From the NCBI RefSeq assembly GCF_009914755.1, contig NC_060927.1: DNA of 64,000 bases; one strand, 5' to 3'. Position numbers and translations under genes: made by a program. The DNA comes from the human T2T-CHM13v2.0 reference genome, Homo sapiens. The notes under the pieces were generated by a model. That model was not told where the DNA came from. It searched no databases and saw only the letters and a list, made by a program, of their open reading frames with translations. Positions 30,340 through 46,674 of the stretch are shown piece by piece (the stretch's first letter is position 1; the number at the start of each line of letters is the position of its first letter).

Positions 30340-30680
30340 ACTCCCTAATACATAAAGTGAAATATTCCAAGCTCCTTAATATATCTCATAAGACCCTTCA
30401 TAATATGTCTTCAGCCTATATTTCCAGCTTGATTTCATGTAATTCCTTGCTTTGTACTTTAAACTTCTGCAATAATAGTTCTAATATTCTTCATTAGACC
30501 ATATAGGCTTCTCTTGTAACACATTTGCTTATTGCTGCACTTGACGTACAGAAGGTCACATAATTATTTATTTTCTATCAATCTGTAAATTCTTTGAACG
30601 GAGATTATATATGTATATGACTAGCATACTACCTGGAATAGAATCACAGTCAAAACATGTTTATTTGATTAGATTGGATC
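30340..30680 (+). mobile_element. L2 3'-end fragment
   Basis: 'ccaagctccttaat...aagacccttcata...ctgtaaattctttga...ctagcatactacctgg...tgtttatttgatt'. Confidence 0.55.
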
Positions 30681-31161
30681 TAGTTTAAATCAAATTACTA
30701 TAATTAATATAGACATATAATTTATATAAATATATTGATATAAAGAAATACCTGAGACTGGGTAATTTAGAAAAAAAACAAAAAACAAAAAAACAGGTTT
30801 CATTGGCTGATATGGTTTGGCTGTGTCCCAACACAAAGTCTCATCTTGATTTGTAATCCCCTTATATTAGGGTTCTAAAGCGGGACAGAGATAATATGAT
30901 AGATAGATACCTATATAAAAAGGGGAATTTATTAAGTAGTATTAACTCAAACAATCACAAGAGCTGAGGAGCAAGGAAACCGGTCTGAGTCCCAAAGCTG
31001 AAGAACCTGGAGTTCGATGTTTGATCGCAGGAAGCATCCAGCACAGGAGAAAGATGTAGGCTGGAAGGCTAAGCCAGTCTAGGCTTTTCATGTTTTTCTG
31101 CCTGCTTTATATTCTCTGGCAGCTGATTAGATGGTGCCCACTCAGATTATGGGTGGTGATA

Positions 31162-31444
31162 CTAAGGCCACTGCTGCTTCCTCAGGGAATGCAGGATTAA
31201 TCTCCTCTGACAAAGGTGGAAAGGCTGATGGCAGCCTGGGTTGGGGAGGGGATGTTGCCACCACTGGGGATAAGGAGGCCGTTTCCTCTGGCAAAAAAGG
31301 CTAAACAGAATTTAGGAGCTTGGTGTCTTCAGCTTCATCAGGGACCTCCCACACATCCCCATCACAGATTACAGGGTCCCATTTTTTTCCCCAAGCAATG
31401 TTCTCTTTTTAACAGTAGCCACCTAGTGAGGCTGAGCATTCACC
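31162..31444 (-). pseudogene. ERV-L (HERV-L/ERVL-B4-like) gag fragment, disrupted
   Basis: The minus strand translates (with stops and one frameshift) to WDPVICDGDVWEVPDEAEDTKLLNSV*PFLPEETASLSPVVATSPPQPRLPSAFPPLSEEINPAFPE. This closely resembles HERV-L Gag as I recall it (WDPATWNGDVWEDPDEAG...PSAFPPLSEEINPALPE). Confidence 0.8.
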
Positions 31445-33743
31445 TGATATGGTTTGGCTGTGTCTCCACCCAAATCTCATCTTGAATACCCATATGTTGT
31501 GGAAGGAACCTAGTGGGAGGTAATTGAATCATGGGGGCAAGTCTTTCCCAGGCTGTTCTTATCATAGTGAATTAGTTTCATGAGATCTGACTGCATCATA
31601 AGGGGGAGTTTCCCTGCCCAATCTTTCTCTTTGCCTGCTGCCATCCACGTAAGACATTACTTGCTCCTCCTTGCCTTCTGCCATGATTGTGAGGCTTCCC
31701 CAGCCATGTGGAACTGTAAGTCCAATTAAACCTCTTTCTATTGTAAATTGCCGAGTCTTGGGTATTGTGTTTTTATAAGCAGCATGAAAATGAACTAATA
31801 CAGTGAATTGGTACCAGTAGAGTGTGGGACTGCTGAAAAGATACCTGAACACATGGAAGCAGCTTTGGAACTGGGTGACAGGCAGAGGTTGCAACAGCTT
31901 GGAGGGCTCAGAAGAAGACAGGAAAATGTGAGAAAGTTTGAAACTTCCTAGAAACTTGTTGAATTGCTTTGACCAAAATCCTGATAGTGATATGGACAAT
32001 AAGGTCCAGGTTGAGGTGGTCTCAGGTGGAGATGAGGAACTTGTTGGTAACTAGAGCAAAGGTGACTCTTGTTACGTTTTAGCAAAGAGGCTGGCAGCAT
32101 TTTGCCCCTGCCCTAGAGATTTGTGGAACTTACAAGTTGAGAGAGATGATTTAGGGTATCTGGAGGAAGAAATTTCTAAGCAGCAAATCATTGAAGAGGT
32201 GACTTGGGTGCTGTTAAAGGCATTCAACTTTATAAGGGAAGCAGAGCATAAAAGTTTGGACAATTTGCAGCCTGACAATGCGATAGAAAAGAAAAAGCCG
32301 TTTTCTGGGGAGAAATTCAAGCAGGCTATACAAATTTGCATGAGAAATAAGGAGCTGAATGTTGATCCCCAAGACAATGGGGAAAATGTCTCCAGGGCAT
32401 GTCAGAGGTCTTCACAGCAGTCCCTCCCATCACAGTCCTGGAGACCTAGAAGGAAATGGTTTCCTGGGCCAGGCCCAGGGTCCCCATGCTGTGTATGGCC
32501 TAGGGACTTCATGCTCTGTGTCCCAGCAGTTCCAACTATGGCTGAAAGGGGGCAACGTAGAGCTCGAGCCATGGCTTCAGAGGGTGCAAATCTCAAGCCT
32601 TGGGAGCTTCCATGTGGTGTTGAGCCTGTGAGTGCATGAAGTCAAGAATTGAGGTTTGGTGACATCTGCTTAGATTTCAGAGGATGTATGGAAACTCCTG
32701 GATGTCCAGGTAGAAGTTTGTTTTCAGGGGTGGAGCTCTCATGGAGAACCTCTGCTAGGGCAGTGAAGAAGAGAAATGTGGGGTTGGAGCCCCCCCTCCA
32801 ACAGAGTACCTACTGGGGCACCACCTAGTGGAGCTGTGAGAAGAAGGCCACCATCCTCCAGACCTCAGAATGGTAGATCCACCAACAGCTTGCACCATGC
32901 ACCTGTAAAAGCCACAGACTCTCAATGCCCAGCCTGTGAAAGCAGCTGGGAGGGAGATTGTACACTGCAAAGCCACAGGGGTAGGGCTGCCCAAGACCAG
33001 GGGAACCCACTTCTTGCTTCAGCATGACTTGGATGTGGGACATGGTGTCAAAGGAGATTATCTGGGAGCTTTAAGATTTGACTGCCCCACTGGATTTCGA
33101 ACTGCATGGGGCCTGTAGGCCTTTGTTGTGGCCAACTTCTCCTATTTGGAATGGCTATATTTACCCAATTCCTGTACCCCTACTGTATCTAGGAAGTAAC
33201 TAACTTGGTTTTGATTTTCCAGGTTCATAGGCAGAAGGGACTTGGCTTATCTCAGATGAGACATTGGACTATGGACTTTTGAGTAATTGCTGAAATGAGT
33301 TAAGACTTTGGGGGGCTGTTGGGAAGGTATGATTAGTTTTGAAATGTGACGACATGAGATTCAGAGGGGCCAGGAGTGGAATGATATGGTTTGGCTGTTT
33401 CCCAACCCAAATCTCATCTCAAATTCTCACGTGTTGTGAGAGGAACCTGGTGGGAGGTAACTGAATCATGGGCCAGGTCTTTCCCGTGCTGTTCTCATGA
33501 TAGCAAATAAGTCTCATGAGATCTGATAGTATTATGATACTATCAGGGGGAGTTTCCCTGCCCAATCTCTCTCTTTGCCTGCTGCCATCCACATAAGATG
33601 TTACTTGCTCCTTCTTGCCTTCTGCCATGATTGTGAGGCTTTGCCAGCCATGCGGAACTATAAGTCCAATTAAAGCTCTTTCTATTGTAAATTGCCCAGT
33701 CTGGGGCACGCTTTTATCAGTAGTGTGAAAACAAACTAATACA
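31445..33743 (+). mobile_element. Full-length THE1 (THE1A/B) MaLR provirus: 5' LTR 31445-31802, internal region 31803-33381, 3' LTR 33382-33743
   Basis: Two similar TG...CA LTRs; internal region starts gtgaattggtaccagtagag; ORF 32121..32639 is the decayed THE1-int reading frame. Confidence 0.95.
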
Positions 33744-34599
33744 GGTGAGTCTGCTTTCCCCAGCCCACTGACTCAAATGTTAATCACTTCTGGCAACACC
33801 CTCACAAACATACCCAGGATCAATACTTTGCATCCTTCAATCTAATCAGGTTGACACTCAGTATGAACCATCATACTCCCTAATCCCCACGTGTCATCCT
33901 TTGGATCAAGGGTGGAGGTATTTGGATCATGGGTGTGGTTTCCCCCATGCTGTCCTCATGATAGTGAGTTTCAAGAGATCCGATGGTTTTATAAGCATCT
34001 GCCATTTCCGCTGCTTGCGCTCACTCAGTCCTGCTGCCCTGTGAAGAAGGTACCTACTTCTCCTTTGCCTTCTGCTATGATTGTAAGTTTCTTGAAGCCT
34101 CCCCAGCCATGCAGAACCATGAGTCAATTTAAAACCTCCTTCTTTTGTAAATTACCCAGTCTCAGGTATTTTTTCATAGCAGCATGAGAATGGGCCAATA
34201 CATTGGCTCACAGTTCTGCAGGCTGTACTGGAAACATGGCTTCTAGTGAGGCCTTCGGAAGCTTCTACTTATGGCAGAAGGTGAAGTGGAAGCTTGCATG
34301 TCCCATGGTGAAAACAGGAGCAAGAAAGAGTGAGTCCGGGAAGAGGTGCCACACACACTTTCAAATTACCAGAAGTCCCGAGAACTCACTATTATGAAGA
34401 CAGCACCAAGCCATGAGGAATCTGCCCCCATGATTCAAACACCTCCCACCAGACCCCACCTCCAGAACTGTGGGTTACAATTCAACATCAGACTTGGGCA
34501 GGAACAAATATCCTAGCTATATCAGTAGATATGAAGTCGTTTGTGAGAACGAAGGAGGAAGATAACAACTCCGTCTTCAGAACTGAGGTAGCCTGCAAG

Positions 34600-35060
34600 T
34601 AGCACTAATGTTTACAACCAGACCTTGAGGGATAGGTAGGATTTTAGTTGTTCTACGGTTAAAAAGAGAATATTCCAAAAATGAAAATCACCTGAACAAA
34701 GACATAGAGGTAAAGTAGGTGACATGGTGGCAGGACTATTTATGGTCTGTATTGCGGGAATATAGAGCCTAGAATTTCCCAGCAGTGTAGAGTAAGAGAT
34801 ACAGCTAGGTAAAATAAGAGCATGAGGATAGATTTAGAGACAATAACCATTAAGTTTGCATTTATTTATATATTTATGGATGAAGTTTAACTTATTTCTG
34901 GTAATTTTTTAAAAAGCTTCGGTGTGGTCAAACATTTCTAACTACAGTAATGGCATTATCAGATGTGTGTCTGTTTTTAAGCACGATCACAGGTAACCAT
35001 GTGAAGTTTGCCATTAGATTTATTACCACAGATGGCAAAGCCTGTATTTTGGACCAGACA
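34600..35060 (-). mobile_element. L2 fragment
   Basis: 'gaccttgagggataggtaggattt...tattcca...ctgaacaaagacatagagg'; boundaries approximate. Confidence 0.5.
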
Positions 35061-36999
35061 ACTTTCATAAGTAATGTGATGGATACGTATATACCGAGAG
35101 ATTTCTGACTAAATTTTCAGTCTTTTTTTCTTCCATGTGGTTGGTCAGATTGAATTTTAGCAACTGTAATGTGCCAATGAACCCTGGCATTTAAGTTAAT
35201 AGGGTAAAAATGAAGACACAGCGTGCTCTCTGAATGGTTGTAACAGCTTGCTGGATCATCAATCATGAAGCAGCTCATGCTAGGAATAAACAACAAAGAA
35301 AAATACAAACAATAGTTGGTAAGAAAGGGGTGTCGCTGCATTTAAACAGGCATAGGAATATATTTGTAACATTAAAATGTCAGAAAATAGCGTATGTATA
35401 CTCATAGAATATTTGAAAGGCTGTGTTATAAATGTTTGTATTCTAAGGGTGATAATATACAATATTTTAAAAAATTAATTTCCTAGCTCACCATTATTTT
35501 AATAAAATAAAAAGTAAGTTGAACATTTCTATAAAATTAAATTTAACAATTCCATTTATGTTCAAATGATTTCATTATTTTACGATGTCACTGGTATGTT
35601 GAGCAATATTTCTATGAGACTCTTGTTTCAAATTAAGTCTTGTTTCAGAAAGAAAATTACATGATCTTATTTAACAGAAATATACTTAGTAGAAATGCCT
35701 TTTCAAATCCTTTCTAATATTAAAAATAGTTTAAAATGTATTTCCTTTAGAGGATCCAAAATAATTATTTGTATTAATAAGAAGTTTAAAATATAGTTAG
35801 CTTTCTCAGTAGAGAAAGAATATTTTTTGTGCCATTAGGTTAAGTCCAGTTTCAAACTCTCACATCCTTAGGAAAATATTGTCTTATTTTTTTTAAATAT
35901 TTATCTAACAGGGAACTAACCATTTTCAAAAGGAAATCATTCAAGTAAAATAAGAGGAATCTAAAACACACGTAACTTTAATTATCAAATAAGATACAGC
36001 ACCTGAATTACATGTGAATATTGTAAGTAAATGATAATAATACCATAAGTTTTTCTTGTAATATTTCTCTACCAAGTCAAGAAATGTTCATTTGTTAATT
36101 TTTATTCATTCATTCATTTATTCATTCAACAAAACTTACCTCTGGGAAAATAGTAGGGATGTAACACACACAATGGTAAAGCAATTATAGGGGTTTCCAC
36201 TATAAATATGAAAATAAGGTAAATATGCTTCATTTATATGATGGTGTTATTAGACTATGTTGGGGAAAATTCTGCCTTATCCATTACTGCAAACATATAG
36301 CAATGGTTGATGAATTAAAACAACACAGTGCTACATTTAAAAACGAGGATATCTGTGATTTAAAATTCAAAGCACTGAACAAGGCAGAAAGTATAGGCTG
36401 CTGAGGTCTGTCTTCCAAAAGCAGGTAGATATGGCAAGAAGTGTAGAACAATGGAAATTCAAAGTTATTTATATCAGTGGCAGACAGATAAAAAGAGCTT
36501 GATACAGAATACCTGCATCCAGAAATGGGAAGGGGTTCCCCTACTCAAGAACACATCTAAAGAAAAATTCAAGCTAAGGGCTATTTGAGCAATGACTTAT
36601 TTGGAGCTACAAATGTGGACAAGAGTACAACACATTATATCCAAAATTTGGCAAATTTACTGATGGCTTGCTCATTGGATCTAATTTATTTTCAATATTC
36701 CCATCCCTCTAAGAAAAGGGAGATAGTTAAAGTCCTTCAATATATTTCAAAAGTGGTAACTCCACAGAAACTAAAAATAAGAAAATACGAAACTACTAGA
36801 CAAATGTCAATGCAGAAAAGACAGGACAAAAAGGAGAGAAAATAAGTGTTCCACCCCTAGTAAAGCTGAAAATCAAAATTCATGAAGATTTTGAGGAAAC
36901 AGATGACTAAATCTATTACCAAAACAGGAATTGAAATATAATTTTGACAAAAATAATAACGGATATAAGTGAAAATAAAACTTGAAATAAACATGGTTA

Positions 37000-39338
<2,339 letters not shown>

Positions 39339-39349
39339 CAAAAATCTGA

Positions 39350-40540
<1,191 letters not shown>

Positions 40541-41955
40541 TTAAGATAAAAGATGATATACTTCTGAGGCCTTTTAATATTTACCTGGTTTTGTTTAGAA
40601 ATAAAATATTTCACTTTTGTGTTCATTTACGAACAACTTTCTTAAGCCTTATGATATAGTTTTAATTCATCTTTAATGAAGGAAGTACAGTGACTGGGAC
40701 ATCTGAAGTCTATATTTAATACCCAGAACCATTTTGAATTATTCTAAGTTTGGAATCATGCCTGTGTTTCAAGTTGCCAAGAGTCTGATCTCCAGATGGT
40801 GAGATCGTAGGACATTACATATTTTGCATTAGAATTTTAGAGTCTTTTACAGTAGCTCTTTATTAAATCAAGGAACTGTAACTTTTGCTCTCACAGAATA
40901 TCGTAAACAATAATTTTTTCCAAAGAGTGACCTGAAGCCTAGGCAGGTATAATTATTTGCACTATTTGACTCAAGTGTGTGTGTGAGAGAGTAAATAGTT
41001 CTATTCTTCTGGATCTATTTCATTATTTTCCACACTAAATTACACATACTATTTTTAAATGTTTGTACCTAAAATTTGCAAAGAAAAAAATAAGTGCGTC
41101 CTACACATTTTGTGAGGGTAGAAAAAAGGTAAAGTGGGTAAGGAAAGAAGACTGTCTTTTAAATTTAAGGTTAGAATTGCTGAAAATAGGGCTATGTCTT
41201 AAGGAATTGCAGGGTGGAGTGTCTGGATGCAGATCAGCAGCAATTCTGCCATCTGGAAGCTTTAATTCCCTGCAGCTAGACACTTTTAAAAAGCTGCTCA
41301 TCTCTTAAGGTAAACTTAGCATTTCTGCTGTCCTGGCAACTATGTACTTGGTGCTCAGGCTGCCTCTGGCTATTAAGTTATTCTTGTCAGATTATCTCCT
41401 CCCCCAAACTGGAGCCCATGGAGTGAGGCTTGGGCTAGGTGCAGCATGCAGCACACCTGCATCAAGGACAGATATAGCTGAACAACTCACTGGCTGCCTT
41501 TCCTGAAGATGTCGGGAGCAAGGTAGAAGTAGCGTCTTGGGGAAAAACCACAGTTATGCTCAGGAAAACCTTGCAATAAAGCTTTCATATACAAAGAACA
41601 GGGGAAAGGGGAGAGGGCAGAGGGACAGAGATTGAAAACCTAATTATCAAAGAAAGAAATTGAGACTGGGAAACAAAAACAAAAACAAAATTTAGTGCTT
41701 AAACACAAATTGTAGGGCAAAATCTTAAGCTTAACATCATAGCTTTAAGTGCCTTTAATAAAGTACCCATGGTGTCAGGCATGGAGAAAAAGTGAACTAT
41801 TTATAAAGTAGAGGCATTGTCTGGACAATTTAATTCATTCCTCAAGATACTTGACTTGAAAAATATTTAAAGAGCCTCTTTCATTTATTTTATTTACAAA
41901 AAATGCTCTCTTTATAGACAGCTAGATAGATGTTGATATAGATATATAAAATGTA

Positions 41956-42215
41956 TAGTCATCTCTAACCAGGGAATTGGTTACAGGACTCCTATGGATA
42001 ACAAAATTTATGAATGTTCAAGTTTTTACGTAAACCTTAAATCATCTCTAGATTACTTGTAGCACTAAATACAATGTAAATGCTATGTAAATTTATTTTA
42101 AAACATTTGGTTTTTTATATTTTTTATTGTTGTTTGATATTTCATTTTTTATAAATATTTTTCATCTGTGGTTAAATTTGTGAGTGTAAAACCTGCAAAT
42201 ACAGAAAGCAGACTG
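41956..42215 (+). mobile_element. MER2 (Tigger-family) DNA transposon, internally deleted
   Basis: 'ttaaatcatctctagattactt...aatacaatgtaaatgctatgtaaat'; degenerate terminal inverted repeats (TIRs). Confidence 0.8.
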
Positions 42216-42629
42216 TGTACATAAATGGATGATTACAATGGCAAACTCACTGTTTATTGATATAATGATATAATGAAATATATCAATTATAATGAAATAA
42301 ACAACAGATAAGGAGATAATTTTACAAAGATGTTTTTATAAAAGCTTTGACTTGAAATAAAGCTGGTTCCTTTAGGGATTCACATGAGTAAATGCTTTCC
42401 AATTGTCAATAAGCAGTTATAATCTGGTTAAAAACAAAAGAATAACCACAATAAAGCATGAGAATCAAGGTACTTAAAAAATTGCTAGCTCTACCATAGA
42501 AAGTCACATATAATAAGTGTATATCACATTTATTTATATAATTAAGGACATAAAGAGTTTTGAACTATGGGGAAGTTTTATTTTTAGAAGACAGTGTTTT
42601 AAGTATTTTAATTAATCTGTTCCTTACAT

Positions 42630-42780
42630 TCATCAGGATTATTAATTGCAAGCATCAGATATTTGTTTTGGCTAATTTAAACAGAAAGGGAATTCAGATA
42701 AAAATGTTGATAGCTTACACAAGTTATGGGGGATCTCTGGAATCAACTTCAGAGGCTATGTAGCCAAGGGTAACATCAAA
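42630..42780 (-). mobile_element. Old MLT1 (K/L/N-like) LTR fragment
   Basis: 'tcaggat...ttgcaagca.caga...tggctaatttaaacagaaagggaatt'. Confidence 0.5.
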
Positions 42781-42834
42781 AGTTAGTTATATCACATAAT
42801 AAATGCACCAATGCTCCTTTGCTAATAATGTCCT

Positions 42835-43213
42835 TGTGTTAGTCCATTTCATTCTGTTATAATAGAATACCATATATTGGTTAATTTATTAAAAAATTAT
42901 TTCTTACAGTTGTGTAGCATGAGAATTTCAACATAGGGACACCCAAATCTGATGAGATCCTTCTTTTTGCATCATTCCGTGGTACAAGGCTAAAGGATAA
43001 GAGAGCCAGAGAGCAAGAGGAAGCCGAACTTGCTTTTATAAAAAGCCCACTGCTGTGATGACTACACTCATGAGATAAAAACATAAATTCATTCATGAGG
43101 GCAGATCCCTCATGACGTATTCACCTCTTTTTAGGCCCCACCTCCCAACACTGTTGCATTGGGCATTAAGTTTTCAATGCTTGAATTTTGGGGGATACAT
43201 TCAGACCATAGCT
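42835..43213 (-). mobile_element. MSTC/MSTD-like MaLR solo LTR
   Basis: tgtgttagtcc...cattcagaccatagc; TSD GTCCT/GTCAT. Confidence 0.85.
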
Positions 43214-43883
43214 GTCATTTAGTACAGACGCTTCAATATGCATCTCTGATTCCACCAGCTCTGCACACTGAGAGCATTGCTCAAACCATTTCCAGTGCTG
43301 CCACCCGAATGTAGATGTAGCTGTCTTCCCTGGTGCAGACCTCAGGAGAACAGCTTCCTCACACTTACTAGTTTTTGTATTTCCAACTCCAAAAGGTGCA
43401 AGTGATTGAAGAGGTCTATGTCATATGCCAGCACCTTGACTGCTGGTGTACCTAAGATAACAAGTAACAAGCAATTACTTGGGAAACGGACTATACCTTA
43501 TTACTTGTGGTAATTCATGCTCAATGGCTCTACAGCCTCTTAATTGTATACATGGATATGATTTAGAGTATACTTTTCTTTACAGGATGTATCAGTTTTA
43601 TTCAAAAACACTCCTATCTTGTAAGAGTTTAATGTTCTCAAATTTGATACAATATTCTCAGAGATTCTGTTTACCTCCTAGTTCGAATTTTCTTGCTGGC
43701 CTTTTACATATTACTACTATGCTCAGGAATATTTTAACACATAGTTCAAGTATTCACAATGGATTTGTGCCATACACTTTTAATTAGAATGAATATATTT
43801 TATTGGAGCCAAACATTTCACTTTAGTTTGATGGAGAAATTTACAACGGTCAGTCAAGTCATTTACTAAAATATCATCTAATA

Positions 43884-44026
43884 GGCCAGACACTGCAGCC
43901 CAGCTATTCAGGAAGCTGAGACAGGTGGGGGAATTTCATGAGCCCCATAGTTCAAGTCCAGCCTAAGCAACATAGCAAGACCTCTGTATCAAAAACAAAA
44001 CAAAACAAAACAAAACAAAACAAAAA
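43884..44026 (+). mobile_element. FLAM Alu monomer with (AAAAC)n tail
   Basis: 'ccagcctaagcaacatagcaagacc' followed by AAAAC repeats. Confidence 0.8.
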
Positions 44027-45115
44027 CCTGCTATGACTAGATAACTATGAAGCTTTGGAGTGATATAAACATTATTTTTGATTTATAACTTAAAAACAAA
44101 AACACAGTCAATTTCTCATTTCTGAGTTTGATCTCTTTCTCTTATTTGATTCCATTCCTAATATTTTTAGCCTGTGAAAAACAGCAGCATTATTCTAGCA
44201 AATATTAACATTTCTATCAAGTACATAGTCTCACTAAGTAAAAATTGGCTGATAGATATGAATTATTACAATGAAAAATTCATCGAAACGTGCTATTTGT
44301 CTTAATTGTATAGGTCAAAGAATGCTATGTGGATTCAATAAACGTATAAACCAAATACAGACAGATTAATGCCTTTATTTCTCAACATTCAGATAATTGA
44401 ACATAGTATCCCACACATTTCTCTTAGACCCACACAGGTTTTTAATTCATTGTTATTATCAAAACAACAGTATCATTAGAACAAAGTTCAGGTAAATGGT
44501 TTAAAATTTTAATAAAAAATTAAGAGTATACCGTAATAGTGATTCTATACCTCATAGAATTTAGTCTGGGATTAACTGTCTACATAGACACTGGTAAGAG
44601 GAACCATTATTGTGGCCCTCACACTCTAGATAAACCTGTATATCACAAGCACATATATGAAATAAATACATTGAAGAAAATATAGATGACACTTAAATTC
44701 AGTGCTGCGCTCAAGGACATCATATATTGGAACATTCTCTGTCATTACCAACATGCAGATCCACATCCTCAAAGCCAAAGGTGATAATCCCAAAGCATGA
44801 AAGTCTGTGGATTCTGCTGCTACTGAACCTGGAATCAGACACTGCTTGTGAATGTGGAGGATCTGAATTACAGAAACAGTTAAAAGATAAATCCATTATC
44901 AAATAATTTTTTCTCAGTTTCAGGGATAAAAATAGATTATTGCAAAACAAAAACAAAAGCAAAAACAAACTGATGTAATTTTAAAATGAATGTTTTCAGC
45001 CACAGTTATTTCAAATATGTTTTATTCTAGTCCTCCCCACCTCCGTCAATAACTCCAAATATACACACACTAGTGCTGTTGTACCTGATTTTCTGTTCAA
45101 TTTTTTTTTTCAATA

Positions 45116-45201
45116 CAGTTGGTCCTCTGTATCCATGGGTTTTCAATCCATTGTCAACTGAATGCTCGAATGCAAAATTCAGGGATACCGAGGTTCAACT
45201 G
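45116..45201. mobile_element. 86-bp Tigger/MER2-type MITE
   Basis: TIRs cagttggtcctctgtatcc / ggataccgaggttcaactg (16/19 complementary), flanked by TA on both sides. Confidence 0.8.
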
Positions 45202-45788
45202 TATCACTTCTCAGTTGAGATTAATGTCCATTTTCTTGCTTATTTTTGTGTTCCAGTTTGTCTGAAGGAATTGAGAATCTTTTGTACAAAGTGGCTGAGA
45301 AACATTTTGCCCTATTTTATAAATCACGTTATTCTGAAAATTGGATAGATAGATCTAGATAAAACATTCAAGATACATGGTCCCAATTCTTAACATAGCC
45401 ATCTATAGAGACACTGAACATTAGAATTGTAAGTAAAGCCATTTCATTTTTATCAAGATATTTTTAAAGACTTGTAATTATGTTTTTATAAATTCACTTT
45501 TAAATATTCAATTTTAATTATTTAGATAAAAAAACTATGACTCAACTATAATGTATATTTTCCTTTCAATATTAATATAACATTTGAAGAAAAACATGTA
45601 TAATAGTTTAATTTTTTTAATTTTAAATTTATTTTACATTCAATTTTTATATTTCAAACATAATTATATCTTGATTTTGACTTTTTTAGGGAATTATTGT
45701 TAATAGTCATTTTGACTAAATAAATGCAAAAAATATATAAGTAATATTTTATAAATAATGCAGATTTTTATTTTATTACTTATCCAAG

Positions 45789-46383
45789 TAACAAAGATAA
45801 GCATACTGTTTTCCTCAGCTTGACTAAACTACAGACATGTTTCTTCCCATCTCTAGACCTTGCTCTCACCCTGACCATTACAATATGTAAATCCAAATAA
45901 AGTAATCTCAGAGGTCTCTTCCTTCTCTTTTCTTGAAGTATTTACTTTTAAAAACTTGCCATTATAAATTTTCTCTGCCCCTATGAGATGTAAAACTTTG
46001 TAAAAAGCCTCTGGCCAATTTTATAATCCAGGACTGTCTTTTTCAAGAATATGACAGCCATGCCTTTGAAATATAATTATGAAAGAAGATAGAACCCTTA
46101 TCTCTTACTCTCTGTGAGTAGGAGCCTATCTTCTGTGGATACTTTTATCTTACTTATAAAACTATTTCCTACTATGACAGTATGAGAAAGTTTACTTTTA
46201 ATAAACACACATGTCCTACAATCCCTCCCTATTCCCCATCCTAACTTAGCTCTTTAAAACTCTCCAGGCCTCTATTTCAGTGGAGTGGAATCTAGGTTGC
46301 AGTCTCCCTCTCCTAATGTATTAGCCTTGAATACATTCTTCCTTGCCTGTTTAACTTTGCCCCATGTAATTTTTGCTTTGACA
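45789..46383 (+). mobile_element. ERV1 solo LTR (MER67-like)
   Basis: 'cctcagcttgactaaact', 'tctctgcccctatgagatgtaaa', 'cctttgaaat' and 'gtaggagccta'; ends tttgaca; flanks CAAG/CAGG. Confidence 0.7.
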
Positions 46384-46674
46384 CAGGTATCAGCAGAATC
46401 AAAATAATTAAATATACTTATCTTTGATAAATTCATGTTTTAAGTCATAATACAACTGCATATTTTTAAATTTTGTATAATTAACATATTTACCAAGGCA
46501 GAAGGAATGTTTTAATAATTTGGTGCATTACTTATATTTTGAAATATGTGGACATATGGTATGAAGTCTTCCTCGGCTCTGCAAATACCAAAATGTGGTT
46601 GAATCCTAAAATCTCTATGAGCTCTTAAGTTAGCCTCTGGATGTCTTTATAACAATGGCCATTAGAAAAGAAAA

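Larger units (their letters stand above)
30863..33875 (-). mobile_element. MLT2A1 ERV-L solo LTR (pieces 30863-31156 and 33744-33875)
   Basis: 'tattagggttct...ggctaagccagtctag...cagattatgggtgg' continues as 'gtctgctttccccagcccactgactcaaatgttaatc...aaccatcata'. Confidence 0.9.
30808..34202 (+). mobile_element. THE1D-like solo LTR (pieces 30808-30862 and 33876-34202)
   Basis: tgatatggtttggctgtgtc start, ...aataca end; perfect TSD TTGGC at 30803-30807 and 34203-34207. Confidence 0.88.
30714..34524 (-). mobile_element. MSTA/MSTB LTR (outermost layer; pieces ~30714-30807 and 34203-34524)
   Basis: 'ataaagaaatacctgagactgggtaattt...ttggc' continues as 'ttggctcacagttctgcaggctgtac...ctatatca'. Confidence 0.88.

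Noticed and set aside
31562-34397. Cluster of ORFs up to 172 aa
   Set aside because: Decayed THE1 internal and LTR frames broken by stops; no sign of a domesticated gene.
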